Assembly: GCA_964106915.2 (NCBI GenBank)
Contig: OZ066931.1
Origin: Podarcis gaigeae
Taxonomy: Eukaryota
Reading direction: 5' to 3' (one strand)
Length of the DNA: 64,000 bases
Shown here: piece by piece, positions 63,667-64,000 of the stretch
Position numbering within the stretch: position 1 is the first letter of the stretch
How the letters are laid out: every line of letters starts with the position of its first letter
Notes under the pieces: generated by a model
Seen by the model: only the letters and a program-made list of their open reading frames with translations
The model's database searches: none
What the model was told of the DNA's origin: nothing
Program-made: the position numbers and the translations under genes

Positions 63667-63916
63667 TAGCTTGTTTTATTGAGATATTGTGCAACTGCCT
63701 CCCATCCAAAAGTCAAACTGAACAGGGCCAAACAACCATTTGGGTTTAAGGCTGGTGCATAGAAGTGCCTCAAGGAAACTCAATTTGAGCTTTAGTTTCT
63801 TCTGCTCACTACCTCCTGAGTGTAGAAATTTTGAGAACCAATGAAAGACAACACACTCACACACAGAGACCCCAACACCACTGGCTGCCAGAGATTTTCC
63901 ACCAGCAAAATTTCCC

Positions 63917-63932
63917 TTTATTTTAGTTTATT
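63917..63932 (-). terminator. Tandem minus-strand AATAAA signals, probable 3' end of the convergent gene (DNM2 by synteny)
   Basis: AATAAA at 63932-63927 and 63922-63917, followed on the minus strand by a GU-rich tract (GGTGTTGGGG...GTGTGTGAGTGTGTTGT). Confidence 0.5.
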
Positions 63933-64000
63933 AATAGGATACATAATGGAGGCACTTATCTCAAACTGTTGGGATCTTTTTTTTCCATCTAAAGAAGAGG

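Overview
Vertebrate (squamate, most likely lacertid lizard) genomic DNA, syntenic with the human 19p13.2 block DNM2-TMED1-C19orf38(HIDE1)-CARM1. The lizard assignment rests on the repeat set: Sauria SINEs, BovB, CR1, L2, CORE-type SINE, and Tigger/hAT MITEs. Three spliced genes can be rebuilt from GT-AG sites with consistent phases. CARM1 lies on the minus strand; exons 1-14 are in the window (516 codons) and exons 15-16 lie beyond position 1. A complete C19orf38/HIDE1 orthologue lies on the minus strand (8 coding exons, 244 aa, single Ig domain plus TM). A complete TMED1 lies on the plus strand (4 exons, 229 aa). A minus-strand poly(A) site at the right edge is probably the 3' end of DNM2 (synteny only). 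The most notable non-genic signals are: (1) a 147-bp Penelope-type insertion with a 14-bp TSD carrying an intact minimal hammerhead ribozyme core in the sense of CARM1 intron 8; (2) inverted L2 copies bracketing the 351-nt, in-frame CARM1 exon 6-8 block; (3) an Arg-rich overlapping uORF at the CARM1 start; (4) a MITE inflated by an alternating fold-back hairpin array; (5) tRNA-Ile- and tRNA-Lys-headed SINEs sharing a CR1 tail. Homology calls are from recognition of sequences, not database searches. No new protein-coding system was found.
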